Assembly (NCBI GenBank): GCA_042571125.1 | Contig: JBHPFU010000001.1 | Coordinates: 193,225-257,224 of the forward strand | Source: Nanobdellota archaeon | Lineage (GTDB): Archaea; Nanobdellota; Nanobdellia; Woesearchaeales; UBA10107 | DNA length: 64,000 nt | Direction of reading: 5' to 3' | Shown: in pieces, positions 19,058-28,500 of the stretch | Layout: each line of letters starts with the position of its first letter | How positions within the stretch are numbered: position 1 is the stretch's first letter | Position numbers and translations under genes: made by a program | The notes under the pieces: model-generated | Seen by the model: the letters and a program-made list of their open reading frames with translations, nothing else | The model's database searches: none | Told to the model about the DNA's origin: nothing

Positions 19058-20289
19058 TGCAGCAATATCAAGGAGAATATCCAATCGGAGCTGAACAGAA
19101 AAAGCTTCCATTGAAAATGATTTTAATAGTTTTAGCTGCAATTTTAGTTATTGTTCTTGCTGTGTTCTTCATCACAAGACCTGAAGCTCCTGAAGAGGTT
19201 GTACTTGAAGAACAGATTGTTGAAGAAGAATTAGACATTAATGTTGTTTTCGCATCATTTGTTGACGATAATTTTAACTATCAACCTCAACCAAGCGCAG
19301 AATATCTGCAAGACAGAGGAGTTTACATTTACATTGAAGTTAATGGATTTAAACAAGACAGAGACCTAAGTGTTGATCTTACTCAAGACATAGAGATTAG
19401 AGATTCTGAAGGAGAGATTGTGTTTTCACAAAAAGGATTAGGATCTTTGAAAGAAACGGGTATAGAAATTGCCAAATTTAGTAACGCAATTCCTACTCTT
19501 GACTGGGAACCAGGAAGATATTTTGCAAAAATTGTTGTAACCGACAATCTAGCAAGAAAATCTGCAGAAAAAATATTAGAATTTACAATAGTAGAAAAGT
19601 CAACAGAAGTTATTGAAAAAACTCTCGATTTAAGCGGAATTGTTTCAGAAAATATTGCAGAAACAAATTTGATAAGGCAACAAACAGTTTGGAATCCTGA
19701 TGGAAGTGTAATCCCAGAATTATCTTTTAATTATAGTTTTGTTGGGGATTTTGCTGAAGTAGACTTATCACAATTTAACGACGCGCCATTTAAAATTCCA
19801 GAAAGATTTGATGCTGGAATTTACAGCATAGAAATAAAATACATCAATTTAGAGAATGGCAAATCGGTTTCTGTTAAAGATGTAATAGAAGTGAAAAAAG
19901 AATTAAGTGTAGATCAGCTTGTGTTTGCGAGTTCAATAGATGAAGAATATAACTATGTTGCACAGCCAAACTCAATTTATTCAGTAGGTGATGCTGTTCA
20001 TGTTTATATGAGGATTGTTGATTATATTCATGTTGAAGGAGAAGGAAGATATAATGTTTGGTTTGTACAAGATGCAATAATACTTGACGAAAATGGAAAT
20101 GAGATCTCTTCAAGAGAAAATCTTACAAGAATAGACGATGTTAATGATGAAAAGAAAGATGCATATAATCTAAAAAATATATTTGAAACAAATAACCTTC
20201 CCTCTGGAACATATACTTATAGAGTAATTGTTAGAGACATAAACGGAGGACAAGAAACAATAAAGGAGGCCAAATTTTGGCTTGAATAA
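19057..20289 (+). CDS. N-terminally anchored protein (410 aa) with internally repeated beta-sandwich-like domains; cassette A
   Basis: TM anchor MILIVLAAILVIVLAVFFI. Internal repeats: VVFASFVDDNFNYQPQPSAEYLQDRGVYIYIEV...GRYFAKIVVTD versus LVFASSIDEEYNYVAQPNSIYSVGDAVHVYMRI...GTYTYRVIVRD. The start overlaps the upstream stop (TAATG). Confidence 0.6.
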   Translation: MQQYQGEYPIGAEQKKLPLKMILIVLAAILVIVLAVFFITRPEAPEEVVLEEQIVEEELDINVVFASFVDDNFNYQPQPSAEYLQDRGVYIYIEVNGFKQDRDLSVDLTQDIEIRDSEGEIVFSQKGLGSLKETGIEIAKFSNAIPTLDWEPGRYFAKIVVTDNLARKSAEKILEFTIVEKSTEVIEKTLDLSGIVSENIAETNLIRQQTVWNPDGSVIPELSFNYSFVGDFAEVDLSQFNDAPFKIPERFDAGIYSIEIKYINLENGKSVSVKDVIEVKKELSVDQLVFASSIDEEYNYVAQPNSIYSVGDAVHVYMRIVDYIHVEGEGRYNVWFVQDAIILDENGNEISSRENLTRIDDVNDEKKDAYNLKNIFETNNLPSGTYTYRVIVRDINGGQETIKEAKFWLE

Positions 20290-20291
20290 AA

Positions 20292-21077
20292 ATGAAATCT
20301 ACAAATAAAAAAATAGGGATCTTAACGGTATTTTTAATTCTCCTATTCGTTTTGCCAGTTACTTTTTCAGAAGAAGATAACAAAGTCCAACTAGATACAT
20401 CAGATATAGAAGTTTTTAAAGTTAGAAGAGATTTAACTAATGTGCTTGATGCGATAGATGAAGATTTGGAGAGGATTGGGAGAACAGCACCAGCATCAAT
20501 TAGTCTTCAATCATGGCAGAGCGATTTAAACTTTGAATCCTTCGACACTAAACAAGAGCTAGAAGACTTTAAATCTGTAGTACAACGAATGCAAGACGCA
20601 TACACAAAAACTGAATTTGGTGTACAAACAAGACCTATTGTTACAACTACGGGGTCTATGGATACATATAAAGAACTTGTGGATAATGAAGAAATAGGAT
20701 ATTCTGCATTCAGCAATATTGATATTACATTAGAAGTAAATGCAGATGCAGATTCCACAGTAAGTGACATCAACCGATATGATGGGATCAAACTAGCCGA
20801 TGCTGTAGAAAATGATTATTATTATGATCTTGAGTTTTTAGATGAAGATGGAGATCCGGTAGGCATCCTTGATGAAAGTATGCTAAAAGAAGCATTAACT
20901 GAATATATTGAAGTTGAAGGATCCGAAGATGAACCTGTTACTATTCCTTTGAAAGCAGAAACAGAAGAAGAGGAAGAAATAGTTGCATATACTGGGACAG
21001 GAGGAGAACCTGCTCCGAATGAATATCCTGGGGGCACAGATTATACAGGAGATCAATGTTACATATTTGGTGCATAG
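20292..21077 (+). CDS. Secreted acidic protein (261 aa); cassette A
   Basis: Signal peptide MKSTNKKIGILTVFLILLFVLPVTFS. Strongly Asp/Glu-rich mature part. Two-nt spacer from the upstream gene. Confidence 0.6.
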   Translation: MKSTNKKIGILTVFLILLFVLPVTFSEEDNKVQLDTSDIEVFKVRRDLTNVLDAIDEDLERIGRTAPASISLQSWQSDLNFESFDTKQELEDFKSVVQRMQDAYTKTEFGVQTRPIVTTTGSMDTYKELVDNEEIGYSAFSNIDITLEVNADADSTVSDINRYDGIKLADAVENDYYYDLEFLDEDGDPVGILDESMLKEALTEYIEVEGSEDEPVTIPLKAETEEEEEIVAYTGTGGEPAPNEYPGGTDYTGDQCYIFGA

Positions 21078-21081
21078 TAGA

Positions 21082-22977
21082 ATGAATAAATCATTAAAAA
21101 TATTGGCGCTGGCAATGTTTTTGTTAGTTATACTTTCATTAGATTCGTATGCCAAGGAAGAGTGTATTAATGGAGTGATATTTGAATTAGAACCTGGATA
21201 CGAACTTCGTGACAAACAGATATGTAAGGAAGGAACAAACGATTGTACGGATAGTATTAGCGAGGCATTAACTAAAGGAATGATGAGTAGTGATACAATA
21301 GTTACTGTTGAAAAAGTTGAGTCTAATAGTGGAGGAGAAACAAAAACTGGAGAAACAGTACAGAAAGAAGAAGATAAACCAGAAACAGAAACAAGTTCGG
21401 CGGCAGAAATTTTAACTACACTTGATGAAGCCGGAGTAGATTTTACAGTTAATAAAGAAAACAAAGTAATTTTTGAAGGGCAAACCATGACTGTTGTTGG
21501 ATCAGATGATACAGGAAGTTACATGTTTAATGAAGATAGAACTACTGGTGCACAAGTTGTAGACTCGGAAACTAAAACTACCATCGAATTAGTTGGAGGT
21601 TCTTTAAATATAGAAAGAGATGGAAAAGACGTTACCGGATTTTCTGAAGCAGATGATCTCACATATAATACTGATGAAGATTATTATACTAATAAAGATA
21701 ATTCTAGAACTGTACAGGTAAATGCTGACCCAGAAAATGGAGTAACAATTCAAGACATAAATAGAAATGAAGATAACTCTCGTAACATTCAAACACATTT
21801 TGTAAGAACCGGAGATACTTTTAATACAGAAATAGATGAAGATAACAAAGTTACATCAAGCAGTATTAGACATCTAAATGGAGATAGTTCTACTGGAGTG
21901 ATCGAAGATGGAAAAACTCTCGGATATGTAACAACTAATAGCGAAGGATTGTTGACCTCTTTCCGAGACTCAAACGGAGATGTAACCGCAACAGTTGATA
22001 TAGAAACCGGGCAAATAACAGTACTCAATGATTTAGGGCAAGAAGTAACTTGTTTGGATTATAATCATTGTAGTGCACTTGATAGACTTTCTGAAGACAC
22101 TGGTATCGATTATGCAGGACAAATTAGGTCACAAAGATTTTGGAGCGGCCAGTCAGTTATAGGAGCACCTGGAAGATTTTTAAGTGAAGCTATGGAATGG
22201 ACAAATGTATGGCGTACATTAACCTTCGCTGACAGATGGCTTGAGTATGATGGATGGAGCAGAGATGTAGATTCTTTCTTTTCAGAACATTCTCTTGGAT
22301 TAGATTATTATGCTTCAAATGTTTGTGAGGCAGAGATTGATTCAGAAACTGCACCAAGCAGCATGGCTATGACAAGAACAGGATTCCCCGGAGCGCATAT
22401 TGAAGGAGAAAGAATAGATGCTGTAGAATTAAATGAAACAAATATCCAACATCAAATCGAAAGACATATCTACAAAATCACATTTATGGTTGATCCGAGG
22501 GATATAACACGAAGAAATGATGATTATGCCAAATTCGGTATTTTCTATTCAAATGCTCCTGCAGGTTCTGTCGGAACAACATACGAAACAGATTACTATG
22601 ATATTGATCTTGATTTAGTTACAGCAGGAATACAAAACCAATTTAGTATTCAAAGAGATTCTCAACCAATAACTGCAGACGGAAGTAATATGATAATAAG
22701 AGAGAGAAACGATGTTTGGAATAAAGTTTGCATTAAATTCACAGATCTTGAAAAGCTAGATATAATATTCAGAAACAACTTAAATGATGACGGATCGTTA
22801 TGTAATTCATTAACTGTAACCACAATGCCGGACATGCCTCCACATTCAGACTACCTTGAGACCCTGTCTTGTGTAGGAACACTCGGAATCGCTTGCGCTG
22901 ATTGGGGCGGAGGGGGAGATTCAAATTCAGAAGGAAGAGAAGATACAGAGGTTGTAACAGATATAAACAATGGTTAA
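21082..22977 (+). CDS. Secreted 631-aa protein; the C-terminal part shares motifs with the C-terminal half of the 1628-aa protein; cassette A
   Basis: The track ORF starts at 20983 inside the previous gene. The Met at 21082 begins a canonical signal peptide (MNKSLKILALAMFLLVILSLDSYA) 4 nt after the upstream stop. Motif EWTNVWRTLTFADRWL...SNVCEAEIDSE resembles GETNVFRTAFTERKL..HSVCLAAFTGD in the 25579-30465 product. Confidence 0.6.
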   Translation: MNKSLKILALAMFLLVILSLDSYAKEECINGVIFELEPGYELRDKQICKEGTNDCTDSISEALTKGMMSSDTIVTVEKVESNSGGETKTGETVQKEEDKPETETSSAAEILTTLDEAGVDFTVNKENKVIFEGQTMTVVGSDDTGSYMFNEDRTTGAQVVDSETKTTIELVGGSLNIERDGKDVTGFSEADDLTYNTDEDYYTNKDNSRTVQVNADPENGVTIQDINRNEDNSRNIQTHFVRTGDTFNTEIDEDNKVTSSSIRHLNGDSSTGVIEDGKTLGYVTTNSEGLLTSFRDSNGDVTATVDIETGQITVLNDLGQEVTCLDYNHCSALDRLSEDTGIDYAGQIRSQRFWSGQSVIGAPGRFLSEAMEWTNVWRTLTFADRWLEYDGWSRDVDSFFSEHSLGLDYYASNVCEAEIDSETAPSSMAMTRTGFPGAHIEGERIDAVELNETNIQHQIERHIYKITFMVDPRDITRRNDDYAKFGIFYSNAPAGSVGTTYETDYYDIDLDLVTAGIQNQFSIQRDSQPITADGSNMIIRERNDVWNKVCIKFTDLEKLDIIFRNNLNDDGSLCNSLTVTTMPDMPPHSDYLETLSCVGTLGIACADWGGGGDSNSEGREDTEVVTDINNG

Positions 22978-23707
22978 AGAAATAAACAAAATAAAAAACG
23001 CATTTAATATAAAAACAGCACACATAGTTTTGTATGATATACTTTGTCTTGTTGGTTTTTTCTTAATAATTACTGCGTGGGGGAATCTTATTCAGAATTT
23101 ATTTGCTGATTTTGATTTTGCAGTACTTTCAGCAGCACAGCCAGAACAATTAGCAGGCTATGCTTCACAAATACAAACGATTGCATTCGGTTTAATCGGA
23201 TACACTTTATTGATGATTATTTTACAGATTGCAAACTATTCATTTTTCCAGGGAAAAATATGGAATCATATCTTTAATAGCAACTTAACAAAGAGGTATT
23301 TTTGGAAATTCTCGTTACTTAATTTAATTTGGATTGTTGCAGCAACCCTAGTTTCAATTTTGATATATTTATTATTCAATCAAACTCCGATGTTGGCTGC
23401 AGTTATGTACATTATTTTAACAATAATTATTGTGTGCTTGTTAGTTATTAATTATATTCAGTTCACGCAAAAAAATTTGGTTTTCAAATCAATAAAAAAC
23501 ACCTTTTTGATGTTAAATAAGATTAATAAGTTCATAAAACAGATAGGGGTAACAGCAGTAGTGTTCATATTGTTAAGTTTTGTTTCAATGATCTTTAATT
23601 TATTGCCTCAGGCAGTTAGCATGGTAGTGGTATCCTTCCTCTTACTAATCTATGCTGCCTGGGCAAGACTTTACCTTGCAGAAGCGCTTAAAAGCGTAAA
23701 AGTTTAA
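22970..23707 (+). CDS. Polytopic membrane protein, 'TM-X' family copy 1 (closes cassette A)
   Basis: At least 5 hydrophobic helices. Shares FFQGKIWNHIF..KRYFWKFSLLNLIWIV and VFKSIKNTFLML with the 32874-33704 product (LLQGSGWSMANKF..KLFSYVSKFALVNLFWFG, FLENIKTTFRVG). Overlaps the upstream gene by 8 nt. Confidence 0.65.
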   Translation: MVKEINKIKNAFNIKTAHIVLYDILCLVGFFLIITAWGNLIQNLFADFDFAVLSAAQPEQLAGYASQIQTIAFGLIGYTLLMIILQIANYSFFQGKIWNHIFNSNLTKRYFWKFSLLNLIWIVAATLVSILIYLLFNQTPMLAAVMYIILTIIIVCLLVINYIQFTQKNLVFKSIKNTFLMLNKINKFIKQIGVTAVVFILLSFVSMIFNLLPQAVSMVVVSFLLLIYAAWARLYLAEALKSVKV

Positions 23708-23726
23708 ATATAGCTAATATATAAAG

Positions 23727-25577
23727 ATGAAAATGACAGGAAAAAGAGGTCAGATTACCCTATTTATAATATTAGGGATAGTCATATTATTCTCTGTAGG
23801 TTTTGTTTTGTATATGAGGGAAACTCCTGAGTTTGATATAATCCCTAAAGATGAAACTCCTATTGGAACCTATGTAAGAGAATGCATTGAAGATGTAGGT
23901 GAAACCGCAGTTAAAATTTTAGCAACACAAGGCGGTTACATCGAAATACCTAATGATATCGCATTAAATCCAAGATCTCACTTGGCATTAAACCCTGGTG
24001 GAGAACCAATAGTTCCGTTTTGGTATTATCGTGGACAAAACAATATACCTTCTCGAGAATTTATGCAGAATGAAATCTCTAATTATGTTGTTAGAGCAGT
24101 TGACTTCTGCTTAGATGATTTTGAACCATTCAAGCAAGAATATGAAATAACAAAATTCGCAAACGTTTCAGCATCAACAACAATCGGAGAGAGTTCAGTT
24201 TTAATCAGATTAAATTATCCTATTAATGCAAGAGACCTTGCAAAAGGTTCAATCTCAAAACTAGATACTTTTGGAGCAGAACTTCAGGTTGGATTAGGAA
24301 GGATGCATGACCTAGCAAAAGATCTTATGAGAGCAGAAAACAGTGAACTATTCTTTGAGAGGGAAACAATAAATCTCATGACAATGAACCCAGACATTCC
24401 GTTTACAGGGATGACTGTTGATTGTACGCCTGATGTATGGTACAGATCCAATATCATAAACCAAATCCAGGATGTTTTGTACTGGAATATTCCTAGAATA
24501 AGAGTAAAATCAACAACATACCAACCATATAGATCAGAAGAACTTTATGCAAAGAATCATTTCTTATGGGACGCAACAGATAAAAAATATCGAGACCTAA
24601 AAGCGTCATTCAGATACCTGCAAGACTGGGGACTTGAATTCAGGTCAAGACCTGGCGGAGAGATTTTAAGATCAAATGCAGGAAGAGCAGGAACAAGCAT
24701 GTTAAGATTCCTTTGCTTTAATCTTTATCACTTTACATATGATGTTAGGTATCCTTTACTGGGAATGATTAGAGATGATTCATCTTTTAATGGAGAAGGA
24801 TTGATCTTTAATTTTGCTTTCCCTGTTTTAATAGATCATAACGAAGGAAACAGAGCAGACCTTCCAATTGTTGATTCATTATCACCAGAACTTAGCCATC
24901 AATTCTGTAATGAAGTATCTCCTCAGACAGTTGATGTAAGAGCAAAAGATTATTACACATTAGAAGAGCTTTATCATGCAAATATTACTTACAGTTGTAT
25001 CAGATATACATGTGAATTAGGACAGACAGTTCCAGATTCAAATAAATACAGATTACTTACTCAGCTTCCTGAAGCATGTTCAGGAGGAGTATTGTTTGGT
25101 AATGCTCCAGGCTATTTAGAAGGATTTGTTCAGGACGATGGAAGTGGACGTCTTGATATAATTATGAAACCATTGCAAAAATTCGCAGTTAGTTTCACAA
25201 ATCACAGAACAGACGACTTTTCAAGAACAAGTCCTATTGATACAGAAAGGCAGCAAGTTTCAGTACACATAACCGGACCTGAAGGATTTGAAGAGTTTAT
25301 GGTTTATCCTGGAGAAGACCAAGAAATAGAACTAATACAAGGTGATGCAACATACAATCTTGATTTAATAGTTATTGAAGATGAAGAAAGAATTGTTGGC
25401 GGCTACACAGGAAAATGGTCTGTTAAATATTCTGAACTGATTAATAAGAATGCTTTGAACTTTAAAATCGCTCAGTACATACCCATCCCAATCACAGTAG
25501 AGCAGCAAGCAGATGCTGCGCTTTACTTAGATGAAAACACAGAATATAAAAACGTGTTAAGACCAGTATTTAGCTAA
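23727..25577 (+). CDS. Large (616 aa) protein with class III (type IV pilin-like) signal peptide; cassette B paralog of 13912-16062
   Basis: N-terminus MKMTGKRG|QITLFIILGIVILFSVGFVLY. Shared blocks with the 716-aa paralog: TQGGYIE/LQGGYID, PGGEPIVPFWYY/PGGIRVPYWHY, YHFTYDVRYPLLGMIRD..GEGLIFNFAFP/YQFLYDVSYPVVIELYD..GDGFTFQFALE. TTTAAATA at 23703 fits a start at the second ATG (23733). Confidence 0.55.
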   Translation: MKMTGKRGQITLFIILGIVILFSVGFVLYMRETPEFDIIPKDETPIGTYVRECIEDVGETAVKILATQGGYIEIPNDIALNPRSHLALNPGGEPIVPFWYYRGQNNIPSREFMQNEISNYVVRAVDFCLDDFEPFKQEYEITKFANVSASTTIGESSVLIRLNYPINARDLAKGSISKLDTFGAELQVGLGRMHDLAKDLMRAENSELFFERETINLMTMNPDIPFTGMTVDCTPDVWYRSNIINQIQDVLYWNIPRIRVKSTTYQPYRSEELYAKNHFLWDATDKKYRDLKASFRYLQDWGLEFRSRPGGEILRSNAGRAGTSMLRFLCFNLYHFTYDVRYPLLGMIRDDSSFNGEGLIFNFAFPVLIDHNEGNRADLPIVDSLSPELSHQFCNEVSPQTVDVRAKDYYTLEELYHANITYSCIRYTCELGQTVPDSNKYRLLTQLPEACSGGVLFGNAPGYLEGFVQDDGSGRLDIIMKPLQKFAVSFTNHRTDDFSRTSPIDTERQQVSVHITGPEGFEEFMVYPGEDQEIELIQGDATYNLDLIVIEDEERIVGGYTGKWSVKYSELINKNALNFKIAQYIPIPITVEQQADAALYLDENTEYKNVLRPVFS

Positions 25578-25578
25578 A

Positions 25579-28500
25579 ATGAAAGAGATGAAAGAAGCAA
25601 TAGCATTGTTTTGTATACTTCTAGTTCTAACTTTGCCTGTTGGCGTGGCTGATGCGTTATCTATATCTAATATTGACCTAGAAGTTTCTGATAGGTACGC
25701 AATTGTGAACTGGGAGACAGACGAAGCTTCAAATAGCCTTGTTCATTACGATGTAACTAATGTTACTCTTGCTCTTCAAGGACAAGATTCTGTTCTGAAA
25801 ACAAATCATAGCTTAATGTTGACTAATTTAATTGCAGATACTAAATACTATTATTCTGTTGAATCCTCAAATCCGAATGGAACAGTGGTTGATAATAATT
25901 CTGGAGCATACCATGAATTTATGACAGATTTAGTAGATACAACTCCTCCGTTTATTATCGCAGATATCCCTGAATATAATGCTGGGGCTTTGATTGATAT
26001 AGAAGTCTCTACAGAACCGGACAGCATAATATTCCTGTATGTTAATAATAACTTGACAAGATTCTATAATGGTTCATCTTTTACTTTCCCTTCTGTTAGA
26101 TTAGAATCAGGACTTAACACAATCAAAATAATCACAAGAGATCCTTCTTTTAATGAAAACGAAGAATCATTTAATGTTTTTGCAGATACTGCTCCGCCAG
26201 ATGTTACATACAGTCCTGCGATTAAGAAAGCATACACAACATTATCCGTTACATTCAGCGGTTCTGTTACAGATAATTCTGGACAGCCAGTATCAATGTG
26301 GTTTTATATTGATGGAAGTACAAAACCAAACGCAACAATAGCAAACCTAAGCTCGCCTTGGTCTACAACATTAGATTTTAAAACAGAAGGGTACCATGAT
26401 CTTAAGATTGTTGCAAAAGATGTTGCAGGTGTTGAATATAGTAATGATTTACAAGATATCTGGTTCGATACAACTCCTTTAAGATTTAATAATACAAATT
26501 TAAACGAACTTTCCCCTGCTTACACATTATTCCAGACAATAAGAGGTAATGTTAACAAACCTCATGCGAAAATAATAGCAAAAGTAAATAATGAAACAAC
26601 TTCTGGTACTTTTACAACAAGTTTACAAGATTTAATTAGAAGTTTAGCAGCAGGAGAAATGTCATTTGATACAGAAGCAGATGAAAACGGAGATTTCTCT
26701 TTAGAGATAAGACTTTCCCAAGAACCTAAGTATCAAGTAAGATCTGCAGAAGATGTTCCAGCAGAAGCTTCATCTTCATTAAGCTATATTGACTTTACTA
26801 CAGGAAGATTCTGGATGAATGATGTAGAACTTATCGTAATTGATGAGCATGATTTATGGAATTCAACAGAAGAAGAGTGGGTTGCATACACAAAATGTGG
26901 TTCAGGAGGTCAGTGGAGAATTGATGGTCCAAACGCTCCAACTCCGCCATCATTACCCGAACCAATATTTAGAGAAGGTTTTGCTCAATTCCATCAAGAA
27001 TTTAAATTGAAGTGGAACGGAGGAACACCAAGACAGGATGTTGATGTACATCATGTTGAAGTAAACCCAAGAGTTGAACTTACCAGACAAACAGGTGAAA
27101 GATTAGATTTAGAACGTGAATTATTTGAAGGTGTTAAGTTATTTCCTTCAGCACCACCGTATGGAGAAAGTTTCTACTTGACTTATGACTTGGCTCCATT
27201 GACAGAAAAATTAGAAGGAGACTACAAATGGTATGATATCCAAGAATTAAGTTTCCCTGTGCAATTAGAAGTTGAGTATAGTTATGAAAAAGCAGGAGGA
27301 AGACCTTCTGGAACATTAACACAGATTGAATGCTGGGAGGTAAACATACAGATTGAAAGAACAATTCCTCCTGATCACATACCTGAAAACTTTTTGAAAG
27401 GAATGGTTAAATTCTTTAACGGATCTATTAATTTGATTGATAAGATATTAAAACCATTAAAAACAATAAAAACCTATGCATACATTTCCTGTTTTGCAAC
27501 ATGGCCTGTTTATTTTGTTATGTGGGTTCGTGCAAGATTCTCTTGCTTTGGAATAGGTTCAGACAAAGTTGAAGAGTATTGTGCAATGGATGCAGATGGG
27601 GAGATGAGCGTTGAAGGAGATAATCCTCCGACAGGCATGCAAACATGTTGTAATGCTGTTGGCAGTCAATTGAATAAACAAAAATGGATGAACCTGTTCT
27701 GTGACAGGGTTTTCTGTCCAAGCGTACCTTCCTTAAGCCACCATGTTGATACATATTCTGATGCGATTACAAGAAGAGGTTCTTCTGAATGTAACGGCTG
27801 GCAAGGATTAGACAAGGGTTCTGATCAATATGAAAAATGTAAAAGAGAATTCAATAGAGCATGGGGAGATGTTTTCATAATAGATTATCCATTTGAAGAT
27901 GAATTCCAGGCAGCAAGAGTTGCAGCAGGACTTGAAACAGGAAGAACAGGAATATTTGCAAGCATATTCAAGAATGTTGGAGGATTTGCGACTAATGTTT
28001 GTTCAAGAAGACATGTTGGAGAAGAACAGATCTATTATCCTGAAGGAACAAAAGCAACCGATAAAGAAGTTAGAGGAAACCAGACAGTTAACAATGCATT
28101 TAGAATAAATCCTGATGGAAGCGTTAATGTAGGAAATGTTAAAATTATCCGTGTTTACAGAGGAGGGAAGTGGCAGGAAGACACAACTCAGTTTACTGCT
28201 ACAGGAAACATACTCGTAGTAACACCAGAAGGATGTTGCGGTACAAGTTGTAGCAAACCAGATGGAACTGCAGAGTATACTAGATGCAGTAAAGCAGTAA
28301 CTGGTTTCGGTACTCCTCCTAAAGCAGATGTAGTAAGACTTCCAAACTATGTACAGAATGCAAGAGGGGTAAAAGCAACAGATAAATACATATTAAATCC
28401 AACAAGAGGACCAATCGCTGCTACAAAAGCAGGATGTATACCTGCGGTTTATTCTTACTTAACTGTATGGAGAGGATTGATGGATGTAGGAAGAACATGC

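Noticed and set aside
20983-21081. Upstream extension of the 631-aa gene that overlaps the previous gene by 95 nt
   Set aside because: The Met at 21082 begins a textbook Sec signal peptide 4 nt after the upstream stop. The extension (MHILGQEENLLRMNILGAQ...) would bury that signal peptide.
20895-21488. Minus-strand 197-aa ORF, plus many other 60-125-aa ORFs on the opposite strand of annotated genes (for example 12276-12614, 15270-15644, 49454-49975, 10836-11174)
   Set aside because: All lie entirely inside longer ORFs that carry recognisable motifs or signal peptides. In an AT-rich genome, antisense frames of Lys/Glu/Asn-rich genes are frequently open. None has its own TATA box.
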